From: a virus
Taxonomy: Duplodnaviria; Caudoviricetes
Reading direction: 5' to 3' (one strand)
Length of the DNA stretch: 27,746 nucleotides
Virus record (IMG/VR): IMGVR_UViG_3300032226_000056
Location: 1-27,746 of that record
This document shows, one piece after another, positions 17,346 to 25,827 of this stretch. Under the pieces are notes generated by a model, which saw nothing but the letters and a program-made list of their open reading frames with translations, searched no databases and was not told the origin of the DNA. Position numbers and translations under genes: made by a program. Each line of letters opens with the position of its first letter. Position 1 is the first letter of the stretch.

Positions 17346-19487
17346 GTGGATATAACCTACTATGATAGTGGTTACATAGACTCAAACTACTATGTCTACA
17401 CAGCAGATGCTGTGATGGGCCTAGGCACCTTCATAGCGGAAGATTATCTAGAACCTGATTACTTTGAAAACACAGGCATCGCTATCACCTTGACCTGTGA
17501 AGCCACCAAGATCAGAATTGTAGAAGCCAGTGCTGATTTAGTAGCCAACTTCAGTCAAAGTGTGAATGGTATTATAGATGTTCGTGCTGAAGTAACGCTG
17601 TCAACCATTGTGAGTCTCTCAAGTCAAGAGATTCGTCTACGTGAATTTAACCTAGACTGCACCAGCACACTCACACAGTCAACTCTAGCATCAGCAACAT
17701 TCTCCCCACAACTCTCATTCTCCAGCATTGCCTCGCAACTAACTGCGGCGTTCCAAAATGCCACAGGCACCATTACCATGGAAACTGTGGTCACAGTCAC
17801 AGCCATAGTGGGTGTGATTAAACAATTCCCCTTAAACCAAATAACAGGACTAGGTGCTACCAGCGAACAAGATGGCGAAATTGGATTTAATGAAAGTCTA
17901 TTTCCTCCACCAGTTAGTCTAAACGCATTAACGGTTAGAAGGAATCAGTGGACATTCTCAGTATGGGTCAAAAGAGATACCATCACAGGTGAATATCAAT
18001 GTATTGCAGAAGGACTGGTCCAAGAACAGAGTGGTGGTGGGTCTAATAACAATGGTGGTATTGCTCTTAAAAACAGCGATGTTAGGATTAGAACCAACTA
18101 TGACCCAGATGAACCAGGTGGAAAATGGAACGGTGTAGCCCCTACAGACACAGAGTGGCACCACTACCTATTCAGAACCCATGTGCTTGAAGCAGGCATA
18201 GTAAGACGCTGGAAATTATGGATTGATGGCATTTATCAAGGACTTAGCAGTCCAAATGATTCAGCGGGCGATCTCGTATTTGCAGGTAGATTCGGCAGTC
18301 AAGATGGCACCTTGTATGGTGGATTAAGATTAGGCCTTGGTTTGATAGCACAAGATACAGGTGCTTATACTATAATAGCCGCACCGTTACTGGGTGGTGT
18401 TGCACAGGTATGGATGGGTGTTACCACTGACGACCAGTTCAGAGTAGATAGATTCTATTCAGGATTGCTTGATATGGGTGATGCTGGCACCAGCACTGGC
18501 CTGCCTACTCCTGTGTTCTACAACAAACTGACTACTCCTTACACTGGAGTAACTTTTAATGAAGGTGCAACTTCAAGTCTAGCATCAGCACCATTGATCC
18601 TGCCAAGTATTCCAGCACAGTTTAGTGTTACAGCACAACCAGAGGCTGTGTTATTGGTTGTGGTAGAACTTGCGTCACAATCAGAACTTGCTGTCACAGC
18701 AACAAAAAATGTAGGCATCCTAGCAGATGTCACAGCAGAATCTACTGTAGATGTAGTCAACACTAGAACAAGATTTGCTACTGTAGATCTCAGTGTGGAG
18801 AGTAGTATCTCTGTTGAACCTTTTGTAATTAGAGATGATTCAGCTACACTGACCACAGCAACAAGTTTGGACTGTGTGAACACCAGAGTTAGAACCACTG
18901 ATGTTACAGTCACAGCAGAAAGCACACTCACAGCAACCATAGGTGAAATCACTGAGTTCACAGCCAGTTTAGAAAGTCAGTTTACACAGGTTACAGAAAC
19001 ATCAAGAACTAGAATAGTCTCAGCCACAGCAGAATCAGCCGTGACTGTGACAGCACAGATAGATGATAGAACTCGTGATCAATCAGCGTCATTAGAGTCT
19101 AGTGTAACATTTACAGTGACTGCCACACGCATACCTAGTATATCAGCCACACTGACTTCAGAAAGCACACTCACAGCAGCCGCAGAAAAGTTTATTGTGT
19201 CACAGGGCACATTGACCAGTGTGTTCACACAGACCACTGCCGCATTCAAAGTGGTGTTTGCACAGGCCTCATTGGTAGTAGAAGGCTTCCAATTAACACA
19301 AGGTGACATCCTAAACTTTGATCCCTGCAGAGATATTGCTGTAGATCAAGAAACAAGAATTGCCAAAATACTAGCAGAGTCAAGACTGTTGACAGTAGAC
19401 TCAGAATCAAGAACACTGAAAGTCCCACAAGAAACCCGCGTATTGACTGCGGAATATGAAACTAGAGTAAATATTATACAATGTTAA
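17346..19487 (+). CDS. Rope/scaffold fibre protein with 20-aa repeats, inserted LamG-like domain and C-terminal 9-aa repeats
   Basis: 713 aa, GTG start, AAGGAG RBS. Five 20-aa units at aa 61-160, LamG-like insert (WTFSVWVKR, EWHHY, KLWIDG), eleven units at aa 438-658, then five 9-aa R...E-(S/T) repeats. Confidence 0.75.
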   Translation: MDITYYDSGYIDSNYYVYTADAVMGLGTFIAEDYLEPDYFENTGIAITLTCEATKIRIVEASADLVANFSQSVNGIIDVRAEVTLSTIVSLSSQEIRLREFNLDCTSTLTQSTLASATFSPQLSFSSIASQLTAAFQNATGTITMETVVTVTAIVGVIKQFPLNQITGLGATSEQDGEIGFNESLFPPPVSLNALTVRRNQWTFSVWVKRDTITGEYQCIAEGLVQEQSGGGSNNNGGIALKNSDVRIRTNYDPDEPGGKWNGVAPTDTEWHHYLFRTHVLEAGIVRRWKLWIDGIYQGLSSPNDSAGDLVFAGRFGSQDGTLYGGLRLGLGLIAQDTGAYTIIAAPLLGGVAQVWMGVTTDDQFRVDRFYSGLLDMGDAGTSTGLPTPVFYNKLTTPYTGVTFNEGATSSLASAPLILPSIPAQFSVTAQPEAVLLVVVELASQSELAVTATKNVGILADVTAESTVDVVNTRTRFATVDLSVESSISVEPFVIRDDSATLTTATSLDCVNTRVRTTDVTVTAESTLTATIGEITEFTASLESQFTQVTETSRTRIVSATAESAVTVTAQIDDRTRDQSASLESSVTFTVTATRIPSISATLTSESTLTAAAEKFIVSQGTLTSVFTQTTAAFKVVFAQASLVVEGFQLTQGDILNFDPCRDIAVDQETRIAKILAESRLLTVDSESRTLKVPQETRVLTAEYETRVNIIQC
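18657..19319 (+). repeat. Eleven tandem ~20-aa amphipathic beta-strand repeats
   Basis: Examples: ILADVTAESTVDVVNTRTRF, TDVTVTAESTLTATIGEITE, ISATLTSESTLTAAAEKFIV. Ten units are 20 aa and one is 21 aa. Confidence 0.85.
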
Positions 19488-19497
19488 GGATAAAAAC

Positions 19498-19833
19498 ATG
19501 AGCACTATAACCGGATACAAATATGACACTGAAGGTGCCTACATAGAAAAAGATCGTTTGGCTACCTTGACCTATACCATAGACTGGACAGATTGGTTGG
19601 CAGCAGGAGAACTATTGAGTGCAGTCACATACACAATAACAGCACCCACCTACAACCCAACACCCTTGACTATATCAACGTCAGGTATAAGTGGTGCATC
19701 TAAGAATACCTATGTGAAGTTGGCAGCAGGCACAGTCAGCAAGATATACACAGTCACAGCCTCAATTACCACTGATTCAGGTGCTGTGGATCGTAGAAGT
19801 TTTAGAGTTAAAGTAGATAATCGCAGCCTATAA
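19498..19833 (+). CDS. Fibre-tail adaptor (resembles GP4 gp77-type)
   Basis: 111 aa: KD-x-x-A-x-L-x-Y-x-IDW-x-DWL-x-x-GE, G-x-x-x-x-x-Y-x-V-x-x-x-ITT-x-x-G-x-x-D-x-RSF-x-V-x-V. AAGGA RBS; AGTAAATA at 19466-19473. Confidence 0.75.
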   Translation: MSTITGYKYDTEGAYIEKDRLATLTYTIDWTDWLAAGELLSAVTYTITAPTYNPTPLTISTSGISGASKNTYVKLAAGTVSKIYTVTASITTDSGAVDRRSFRVKVDNRSL

Positions 19834-19834
19834 T

Positions 19835-20593
19835 ATGACAATGAACATACAATGGTTAAATCCCAATGATATCACGCCTTATGATAAGAACCCAAGAAAC
19901 AATGACGGTGCTGTTCAACGAGTAGCAGAAAGTATTGCAGAGTTTGGCTTTAATCAGCCAATAGTTGTTGATCAAAACAAGATAATAGTTGTAGGGCACA
20001 CACGCTGGAAGGCAGCAAAAAAACTAGGCCTAGATTCAGTGCCAGTGTTAACAATGCCAGAGCACCTATCAGAAACCAAAATACGTGCTTATCGTATTGC
20101 TGACAACAAACTTAATGAACTAGCAGACTGGGATGATCAATTACTCATAGAGGAACTACAGGCAATAGCCAACGACATAGGCTCTGTAGACATCACAGGC
20201 TTTGACGACAAGGTATTTGAAGATCTAAAAATTAAAAACGATCAACAATATACTAAAAAGATAGATACTCCTATATATACACCCAAGGGTGAATGTCCTA
20301 AAATCAGTGATCTTTATAACAAAGACAGAACAGATCAACTGCTAGATGAAATTAAAAACTCATCTGCACCAGAGGAAGTTAAAAAGTTTCTAAGACTGGC
20401 AGCATATAGACACACACAATTCAACTATGATCAGATAGCAGAATACTACTGTCACGCAGACTTAGACACGCAGAAACTTATGGAAGATTCTGCACTAGTA
20501 ATCATAGACTTCAACAAGGCTATAGAATTAGGCTACTGTAAACTTAGTGACGAAATCGCTGACGTATTTTTAGAAACAGACAATGGACTATAA
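19835..20593 (+). CDS. ParB/Srx N-terminal domain protein with helical C-terminal domain
   Basis: PY-x-x-NPR-x-N, SI-x-EFGF-x-x-PIVVD, I-x-x-GH-x-R-x-x-AA-x-x-LG and RIADNK are ParB-N motifs. C-terminal P-x-Y-x-P...FL-x-x-AA-x-RH-x-x-F-x-Y-x-x-IA-x-YY...ME-x-SALVIIDF-x-x-AI-x-x-GY domain. Confidence 0.85.
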   Translation: MTMNIQWLNPNDITPYDKNPRNNDGAVQRVAESIAEFGFNQPIVVDQNKIIVVGHTRWKAAKKLGLDSVPVLTMPEHLSETKIRAYRIADNKLNELADWDDQLLIEELQAIANDIGSVDITGFDDKVFEDLKIKNDQQYTKKIDTPIYTPKGECPKISDLYNKDRTDQLLDEIKNSSAPEEVKKFLRLAAYRHTQFNYDQIAEYYCHADLDTQKLMEDSALVIIDFNKAIELGYCKLSDEIADVFLETDNGL

Positions 20594-21446
20594 TAATTTT
20601 GCAGTATTCATTTTAACACACAATCGTGCCAGTAAGGTAATTACCACTGAAACGCTACGTCGTTGCGGCTACACAGGCACAATATATTATATCATTGACA
20701 ATCAAGATCCCAGTCAGCAAGAATACATAGAAAAGTTTGGTAAAGAATATGTCTACGTATTTGACAAACTTAAGGTGGCAGAAATCACTGATACCATGGA
20801 CAATGAAACACATCAACGTGGTGTGGTATTTGCTCGCAATGTAGTATGGACAGTGGCGGAAGAACTAGGCATAGACTATTTTATAGTATTAGATGATGAC
20901 TACAGTGAATTTAGGCATTTAACCAATCATATAGGACAGGCTCAACATCTTAGTATTAGAAACCTAGACAGAATATTTCGTGCAATGACAGAGTTTTTAC
21001 AAGTATCTAATGCTAAAACGGTGTGTATGGGTCAAGGTGGTGACTATATAGGCGGAATAGAAGGCAAAGAAAAACCCAAAAGAAAAGCAATGAATTCGTT
21101 TGTATGCAGTCGTGAGCGTCCATTTAAGTTTCTAGGTAGAATCAACGAAGACGTTAATGCATACATTACAGGGGGTCATAGAGGAGAACTATACTTCAGC
21201 ATAATGAAGATAGCACTTAACCAAATAATGACCCAGACTAATTCAGGGGGACTTACAGAACTATATCTAGACTCAGGCACCTATGTCAAGAGTTTTTTCT
21301 CTGTAATGTGTCATCCCTCAGGAACCAAGGTAGCTATGCTTAGAGGGCAAAAACATTCTAGACTACATCATAGAGTAGATTGGAATAGAACGGTGCCCTG
21401 CATAATACCAGAAACATATTCCAAGAGATTAAAAATAAATGAGTGA
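20583..21446 (+). CDS. GT-A fold glycosyltransferase, TET-associated (TAGT / GREB1-related) type
   Basis: FILTH-x-R, YIID-x-x-D, G-x-x-x-ARN, LDDDY (DxD), MNSF, F-x-GR-x-NED, Q-x-x-SGG and Y-x-KSF motifs. Overlaps the ParB gene and TerS. Confidence 0.8.
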   Translation: MDYNNFAVFILTHNRASKVITTETLRRCGYTGTIYYIIDNQDPSQQEYIEKFGKEYVYVFDKLKVAEITDTMDNETHQRGVVFARNVVWTVAEELGIDYFIVLDDDYSEFRHLTNHIGQAQHLSIRNLDRIFRAMTEFLQVSNAKTVCMGQGGDYIGGIEGKEKPKRKAMNSFVCSRERPFKFLGRINEDVNAYITGGHRGELYFSIMKIALNQIMTQTNSGGLTELYLDSGTYVKSFFSVMCHPSGTKVAMLRGQKHSRLHHRVDWNRTVPCIIPETYSKRLKINE

Positions 21447-21891
21447 AAAAGACATAGATCCACACTGGGGCACTATAGAACAGAAAGACGCATTTGGCAA
21501 TGTTGTTTCTGTAGAAGAGGGGCTTATTATAGGTAGAGGTGAAACTCGTAGGGTAATTAACCCAAAACGTGTAGAGGAATTAGCCACTACATTTGCCAGT
21601 TATCGTGAACTAGCAGAGTTCTTTAATGTTCGTGAACAGACCTTTCGTGACAACTTCCGTGAAAATGTTATAAAAGGGCGAGCAAACACGAAGATGAGTC
21701 TTAGGCAATGGCAGTTAGCCGCAGCCAAATCAGGCAATACCTCTATGTTAATTTGGCTGGGAAAGAATATTTTAGGACAGCAGGATAATCCAACTAACAA
21801 AGAGGAAAATACTATATTACCGTGGAACAACGATCTTGTAGAGGACACTGATGGCACTGAGCCTAGCACAGAACGCAGTAGCCCGGGATAA
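21439..21891 (+). CDS. terS: Terminase small subunit
   Basis: HTH (SYRELAEFFNV) and SLR-x-x-Q-x-x-x-A-x-x-GN-x-x-MLIWLGK-x-x-LGQ motif; overlaps TerL. Confidence 0.82.
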   Translation: MSEKDIDPHWGTIEQKDAFGNVVSVEEGLIIGRGETRRVINPKRVEELATTFASYRELAEFFNVREQTFRDNFRENVIKGRANTKMSLRQWQLAAAKSGNTSMLIWLGKNILGQQDNPTNKEENTILPWNNDLVEDTDGTEPSTERSSPG

Positions 21892-23086
21892 TCATAGATT
21901 TAGGGTAGTGTGTGCTGGCCGTAGATTCGGCAAGACATATCTAGCCATACGTGAACTATGCTATCATGCACGTATACCTGATCAAGATGTTCTATATGTT
22001 GCCCCTACATTTGGGCAGGCCAAACACATTGTATGGCGTCAACTGAAAAATAGACTACAGGATCTAAATTGGATCAAGAAAGTCAATGAAACTGAATTGA
22101 CTATCACACTGAGAAACAACAGCAGAATCTATCTCAAAGGGGCTGATGCCTACGATAGACTACGTGGGGGACAGTATAACTTCATAGTCATAGATGAAAT
22201 GGCCGACATCGTGCCAGAAGCATGGTATGAAACACTACGTCCCACACTGTCAAACACCTTGGGTAAAGCTCTATTCATTGGCACACCCAAAGGACTTAAC
22301 CACTTCTATGACCTATATCAAATGAGCACTGTGGACAAGGATCATTGGAGTGCATACTCTTTTACCACACTAGAAGGTGGCAATGTTCCAGAAGATGAAA
22401 TCCATCAAGCACGTCGTGATTTGGATTCTAAGACATTCAGACAAGAGTATGAAGCATCATTTGAAACATTTGCTGGGCGTATCTACTATGCATTTGAACG
22501 TGCATTAAATGTCCAAGAGCCTGCAGTCTTAAATACTGCCACAATATATGTGGGTGCTGACTTCAACGTGAGCCCAATGTGTGCTACCATAGCCCAGCGT
22601 GAGGGGAATGATCTCTATGTCATTGACGAAATTAAAATGTATTCCAGCAATACCAATGAACTCGCAGATGAGATTAAAACTCGCTACCCAAGAAGCAAGG
22701 TGTGGATCTATCCAGACCCAGCCGGTTCTGCTCGTAAGAGTTCAGCCAATGGCATTACGGACCATATCATATTGGCAAATGCAGGATTCGTAGTCAAAGC
22801 TCCTAGAAGCCACACACCAGTCAGAGATCGTATAAATGCTGTGAATAGTCGTTTATGTGATAGCACTGGCATTAGACACCTGTTCGTCAACCCTAAGTGT
22901 AAATATACAATAGAATGTTTAGAGCGACAGGTCTATAAAGAAGGCACCTCACAGCCAGATAAAGATTCAGGCTATGATCACATGAATGATGCTCTAGGTT
23001 ACATGGTAGACTACATATGGCCAGTGACCAGAGACCGTCAAGAATATCGTGGCCCACAGCGTTGGACACACCAGATTGCAACATAA
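21851..23086 (+). CDS. terL: Terminase large subunit
   Basis: Walker A GRRFGKT, YVAPT, LRG, Walker B FIVIDE, GTPKG, nuclease GADFN and DH-x-x-DA-x-x-Y. Confidence 0.96.
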   Translation: MALSLAQNAVARDNHRFRVVCAGRRFGKTYLAIRELCYHARIPDQDVLYVAPTFGQAKHIVWRQLKNRLQDLNWIKKVNETELTITLRNNSRIYLKGADAYDRLRGGQYNFIVIDEMADIVPEAWYETLRPTLSNTLGKALFIGTPKGLNHFYDLYQMSTVDKDHWSAYSFTTLEGGNVPEDEIHQARRDLDSKTFRQEYEASFETFAGRIYYAFERALNVQEPAVLNTATIYVGADFNVSPMCATIAQREGNDLYVIDEIKMYSSNTNELADEIKTRYPRSKVWIYPDPAGSARKSSANGITDHIILANAGFVVKAPRSHTPVRDRINAVNSRLCDSTGIRHLFVNPKCKYTIECLERQVYKEGTSQPDKDSGYDHMNDALGYMVDYIWPVTRDRQEYRGPQRWTHQIAT

Positions 23087-23101
23087 CATTAGGACAGAAA
23101 A

Positions 23102-24652
23102 ATGAATTTAACCCTACAAGAACAATACAACCTACTGACAGCAACCAATATGCTTCATCAGCGTAATAGAGATCATTGGGAATATCTACTGAATTCTTAC
23201 ATGGGGGGCATTGAATACACAAGAGGTAACTATCTCACAAAATATGTCAATGAAACTGCCAATGAATACAATGCTCGCGTGGCAGCCACTCATCTAGAAA
23301 ATCATTGTAAGTCAGTGATTTCTACTTATATTTCATTCTTGTTTAGAACACCTGCAGAACGTGACTTTGATCGCAATGGTGAATCATTTGAATTAGAAAT
23401 GTTCTTGCGTGATGCAGACATGGATGGCAGAAGTTTTGATGCATTCATGAAAGAAGTATCTGTATGGTCATCAGTGTTTGGACATTGTTGGGTCTTGGTG
23501 GTTAAACCTAATGTGGGTGCCATAACACAAGCAGACGAACAGCAACAGAATATTCGTCCTTATGTTAATCTCATAACTCCCTTGACAGTAAGTGATTGGC
23601 ACTGGGCTCGTAGACCCAATGGCAGTTATGAATTAGACTATTTCAAATACATTGAAGATGCCAATGATTCAACCAGCACTATCAAAGAATGGTATTCAGA
23701 TAAAATTATTACCAGCATAATCAATCACAAGAATAGAGAACTACAAGAACAATTTGAGGAAGTTAATGGCTTAGGCAAGATTCCAGCGGTGTTAGCCTAC
23801 AATCATCGTTCACCAGTCAGAGGTATTGGTGTTTCAGATATCTCAGATATTGCCCATGCCCAGCAGACTGTTTACAACCTAACATCAGAAGTAGAACAAA
23901 GCATACGCATCAATGGACACCCAGCATTAGTCAAGACCATAGGCAGTGAAGCATCAGCAGGTGCTGGCGCTATTATCAGCATGGAAGACAATCTGGACCC
24001 AGGACTTAAACCCTATATGTTGGCTGTGAGCACTGATATACAAAGCATATTCACTGCTATTTCACATGTCACAGACAGCATTGACAAGATGGCTAATACT
24101 GGCTCAGTAAGAAGCACAGAAAGCCGTCGTATGAGTGGTGTGGCACAAGAACAAGAGTTCCAATTATTAAATGCCAAACTTTCAGAGAAAGCAGACAATC
24201 TAGAACTTACTGAAGAACAGATATGGCAGTTCTGGTTTGAGTATATGGGACAGCAGTGGATGGGTGAAATTGACTATCCTGGCTCATTCTCCATACGTGA
24301 CACACAAGCAGATGTTGAAAAATTAGTCAAAGCCAAACAAGCTGCCACTGACCCTGTGGTATTAAGAGTCATTGATGAACAACTTATAGAACTCATGGGT
24401 GAAGAGAAAGAGCGTTTACCATTCATTGACCCTAATCCACAGCCAGGTAGAGTCTATGAAGATGGTGAACCTATTGCAGATAGTTTGCCTGCGGCTTACC
24501 AACCAGCATCAAATGCAGAAGTTCCTCAAGGGCAGAATTGTGCCAATTGCGAATACTATAAGCCAGGTGAACTATATTGCACCAAGTTTGATGCACCAGT
24601 TCGTGCAGTCTATTGGTGTGCCAAGTGGGAACCAGTAGAAGAAGATTACTAA
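23102..24652 (+). CDS. Portal protein (SPP1 gp6-like) with C-terminal HiPIP-like four-Cys domain
   Basis: 516 aa after TerL. Portal motifs Y-x-GG, DAD-x-x-G, FGH-x-W-x-x-V, RPY, N-x-LG-x-IP, G-x-SDI-x-DIA and SGVA. C-terminal CANC-x9-C-x12-C-x-x-W. Confidence 0.92.
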   Translation: MNLTLQEQYNLLTATNMLHQRNRDHWEYLLNSYMGGIEYTRGNYLTKYVNETANEYNARVAATHLENHCKSVISTYISFLFRTPAERDFDRNGESFELEMFLRDADMDGRSFDAFMKEVSVWSSVFGHCWVLVVKPNVGAITQADEQQQNIRPYVNLITPLTVSDWHWARRPNGSYELDYFKYIEDANDSTSTIKEWYSDKIITSIINHKNRELQEQFEEVNGLGKIPAVLAYNHRSPVRGIGVSDISDIAHAQQTVYNLTSEVEQSIRINGHPALVKTIGSEASAGAGAIISMEDNLDPGLKPYMLAVSTDIQSIFTAISHVTDSIDKMANTGSVRSTESRRMSGVAQEQEFQLLNAKLSEKADNLELTEEQIWQFWFEYMGQQWMGEIDYPGSFSIRDTQADVEKLVKAKQAATDPVVLRVIDEQLIELMGEEKERLPFIDPNPQPGRVYEDGEPIADSLPAAYQPASNAEVPQGQNCANCEYYKPGELYCTKFDAPVRAVYWCAKWEPVEEDY

Positions 24653-24662
24653 GGAGAAAGAC

Positions 24663-24722
24663 ATGGGAATGGGAAGAGGTAAAGGTCGTGGAAAAGGTAA
24701 AGGTAAAGGCCGCGGACGTTAA
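24663..24722 (+). CDS. 19-aa basic Gly/Lys/Arg micropeptide MGMGRGKGRGKGKGKGRGR
   Basis: AAGGAG RBS at 24651-24656, ATG 24663, TAA 24720-24722; not in the ORF track. Confidence 0.65.
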   Translation: MGMGRGKGRGKGKGKGRGR

Positions 24723-25044
24723 TTGGTTAGCCTACTTCGAGAGCATTCAAAAAGAATGTCCTTGGAGTTTGGCAGCATACAAACGAGATCTAATAGATAT
24801 TGTCAATTGGCAACCAGGGGTAGCAATCGCTGGCTTGGGTGCATATTCTGCTCGTATGTATGTTATGGATCTGCCTGATGCCATAGTAGAAGCAATGGCT
24901 AAGGAATTAGACACTCAGGATGTTGACTGTGAATGGTTGTTTTCATACCCAGGATATGGTGATTATGCCACTCCTGTAAGTGTGCTAATACAGCAGAACA
25001 GACAACAACTCAAGAATCTAAGATCACAGTTAGACGTAGAATAA
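24688..25044 (+). CDS. Hypothetical protein (CPWS motif)
   Basis: The track start at 24613 lies inside the portal; GTG 24688 has AGAGGT 7 nt upstream. Globular-looking part starts VNWLAYFESIQKECPWS. Confidence 0.65.
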   Translation: MEKVKVKAADVNWLAYFESIQKECPWSLAAYKRDLIDIVNWQPGVAIAGLGAYSARMYVMDLPDAIVEAMAKELDTQDVDCEWLFSYPGYGDYATPVSVLIQQNRQQLKNLRSQLDVE

Positions 25045-25074
25045 CTACATATAACAACATTTCAGGTGAAGTGT

Positions 25075-25082
25075 TATAAATA
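25075..25082 (+). promoter_or_regulatory. Perfect T4-late-type box TATAAATA upstream of the scaffold-capsid operon
   Basis: Intergenic, followed by AAGGAGG RBS and ATG 25116. Confidence 0.6.
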
Positions 25083-25115
25083 TTAATCAACACTCTTAAA
25101 GGAGGCGATGCGATA

Positions 25116-25802
25116 ATGTCAGAAAATACATTAGCAAACGATATGGCAACTGAGGCCACAGACGTTAATTCTGAAACACAGGCACAGGCAGCAAAAACCT
25201 ATAGTCAAGAAGAAGTAGACAATATGATGGCTCGTATGAAAGGGTCATTACAGAAGAAACTACTCAAACCATATGAAGATCTAGGTGATCCTGATGAACT
25301 TCGCTCTATTAAATCAGAGTGGGAGAAAAAGCAACAGGAACAACAGATCAAGCGTGGTGAGTTTGAAAAGACACTACAGGAACTAGCAGCCAAAAAAGAC
25401 GCTGAAATCCAAAAGAGAGATTCAGTGATTAAGGAATATAAAGTTAATAGTCCTTTGCTCAGTGCCGCCGCCAAATATCGTGCCGTTGCTCCTGAACAAG
25501 TTAAAGCTCTATTAAGTTCAAATGTTCGTCTTAATTCAGAAGGTGATGTAGAAGTAGTTGGGGTTGATGGAACTGTGCGTTATAATGATGCGGGTTCACC
25601 ATTAGCAGTAGATGATTTAGTGCGCGAATTCTTAGATTCGAATCCGCACTTTGTTGCCGCAAGCCCTGCAACTACCAATGCTCGCTCAAGTATCTCTAAT
25701 AGTGGACCTGGCAGCGTAGATGTAAGTAAATTGGATATGAAAAATCCAGAACACCGTAAGGTATATGCAGAACATCGCAAGGCTAACGGTTACACAAGAT
25801 AA
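25116..25802 (+). CDS. Capsid scaffolding protein
   Basis: 228 aa: KTYSQEEVD, coiled coil with GEFEK, FL-x-x-NPHF; directly upstream of the capsid gene. Confidence 0.88.
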   Translation: MSENTLANDMATEATDVNSETQAQAAKTYSQEEVDNMMARMKGSLQKKLLKPYEDLGDPDELRSIKSEWEKKQQEQQIKRGEFEKTLQELAAKKDAEIQKRDSVIKEYKVNSPLLSAAAKYRAVAPEQVKALLSSNVRLNSEGDVEVVGVDGTVRYNDAGSPLAVDDLVREFLDSNPHFVAASPATTNARSSISNSGPGSVDVSKLDMKNPEHRKVYAEHRKANGYTR

Positions 25803-25827
25803 CCATAAACACATTTAGGAGATTATT

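Noticed and set aside
19835-20593. ParB as a plasmid-prophage partition system
   Set aside because: No ParA, HTH or parS array; the context (GT and terminase) matches packaging-linked ParB-N proteins.
24613-24687. Track start of the 143-aa ORF at 24613
   Set aside because: Overlaps the Cys-rich portal end and lacks an RBS; GTG 24688 is better supported.
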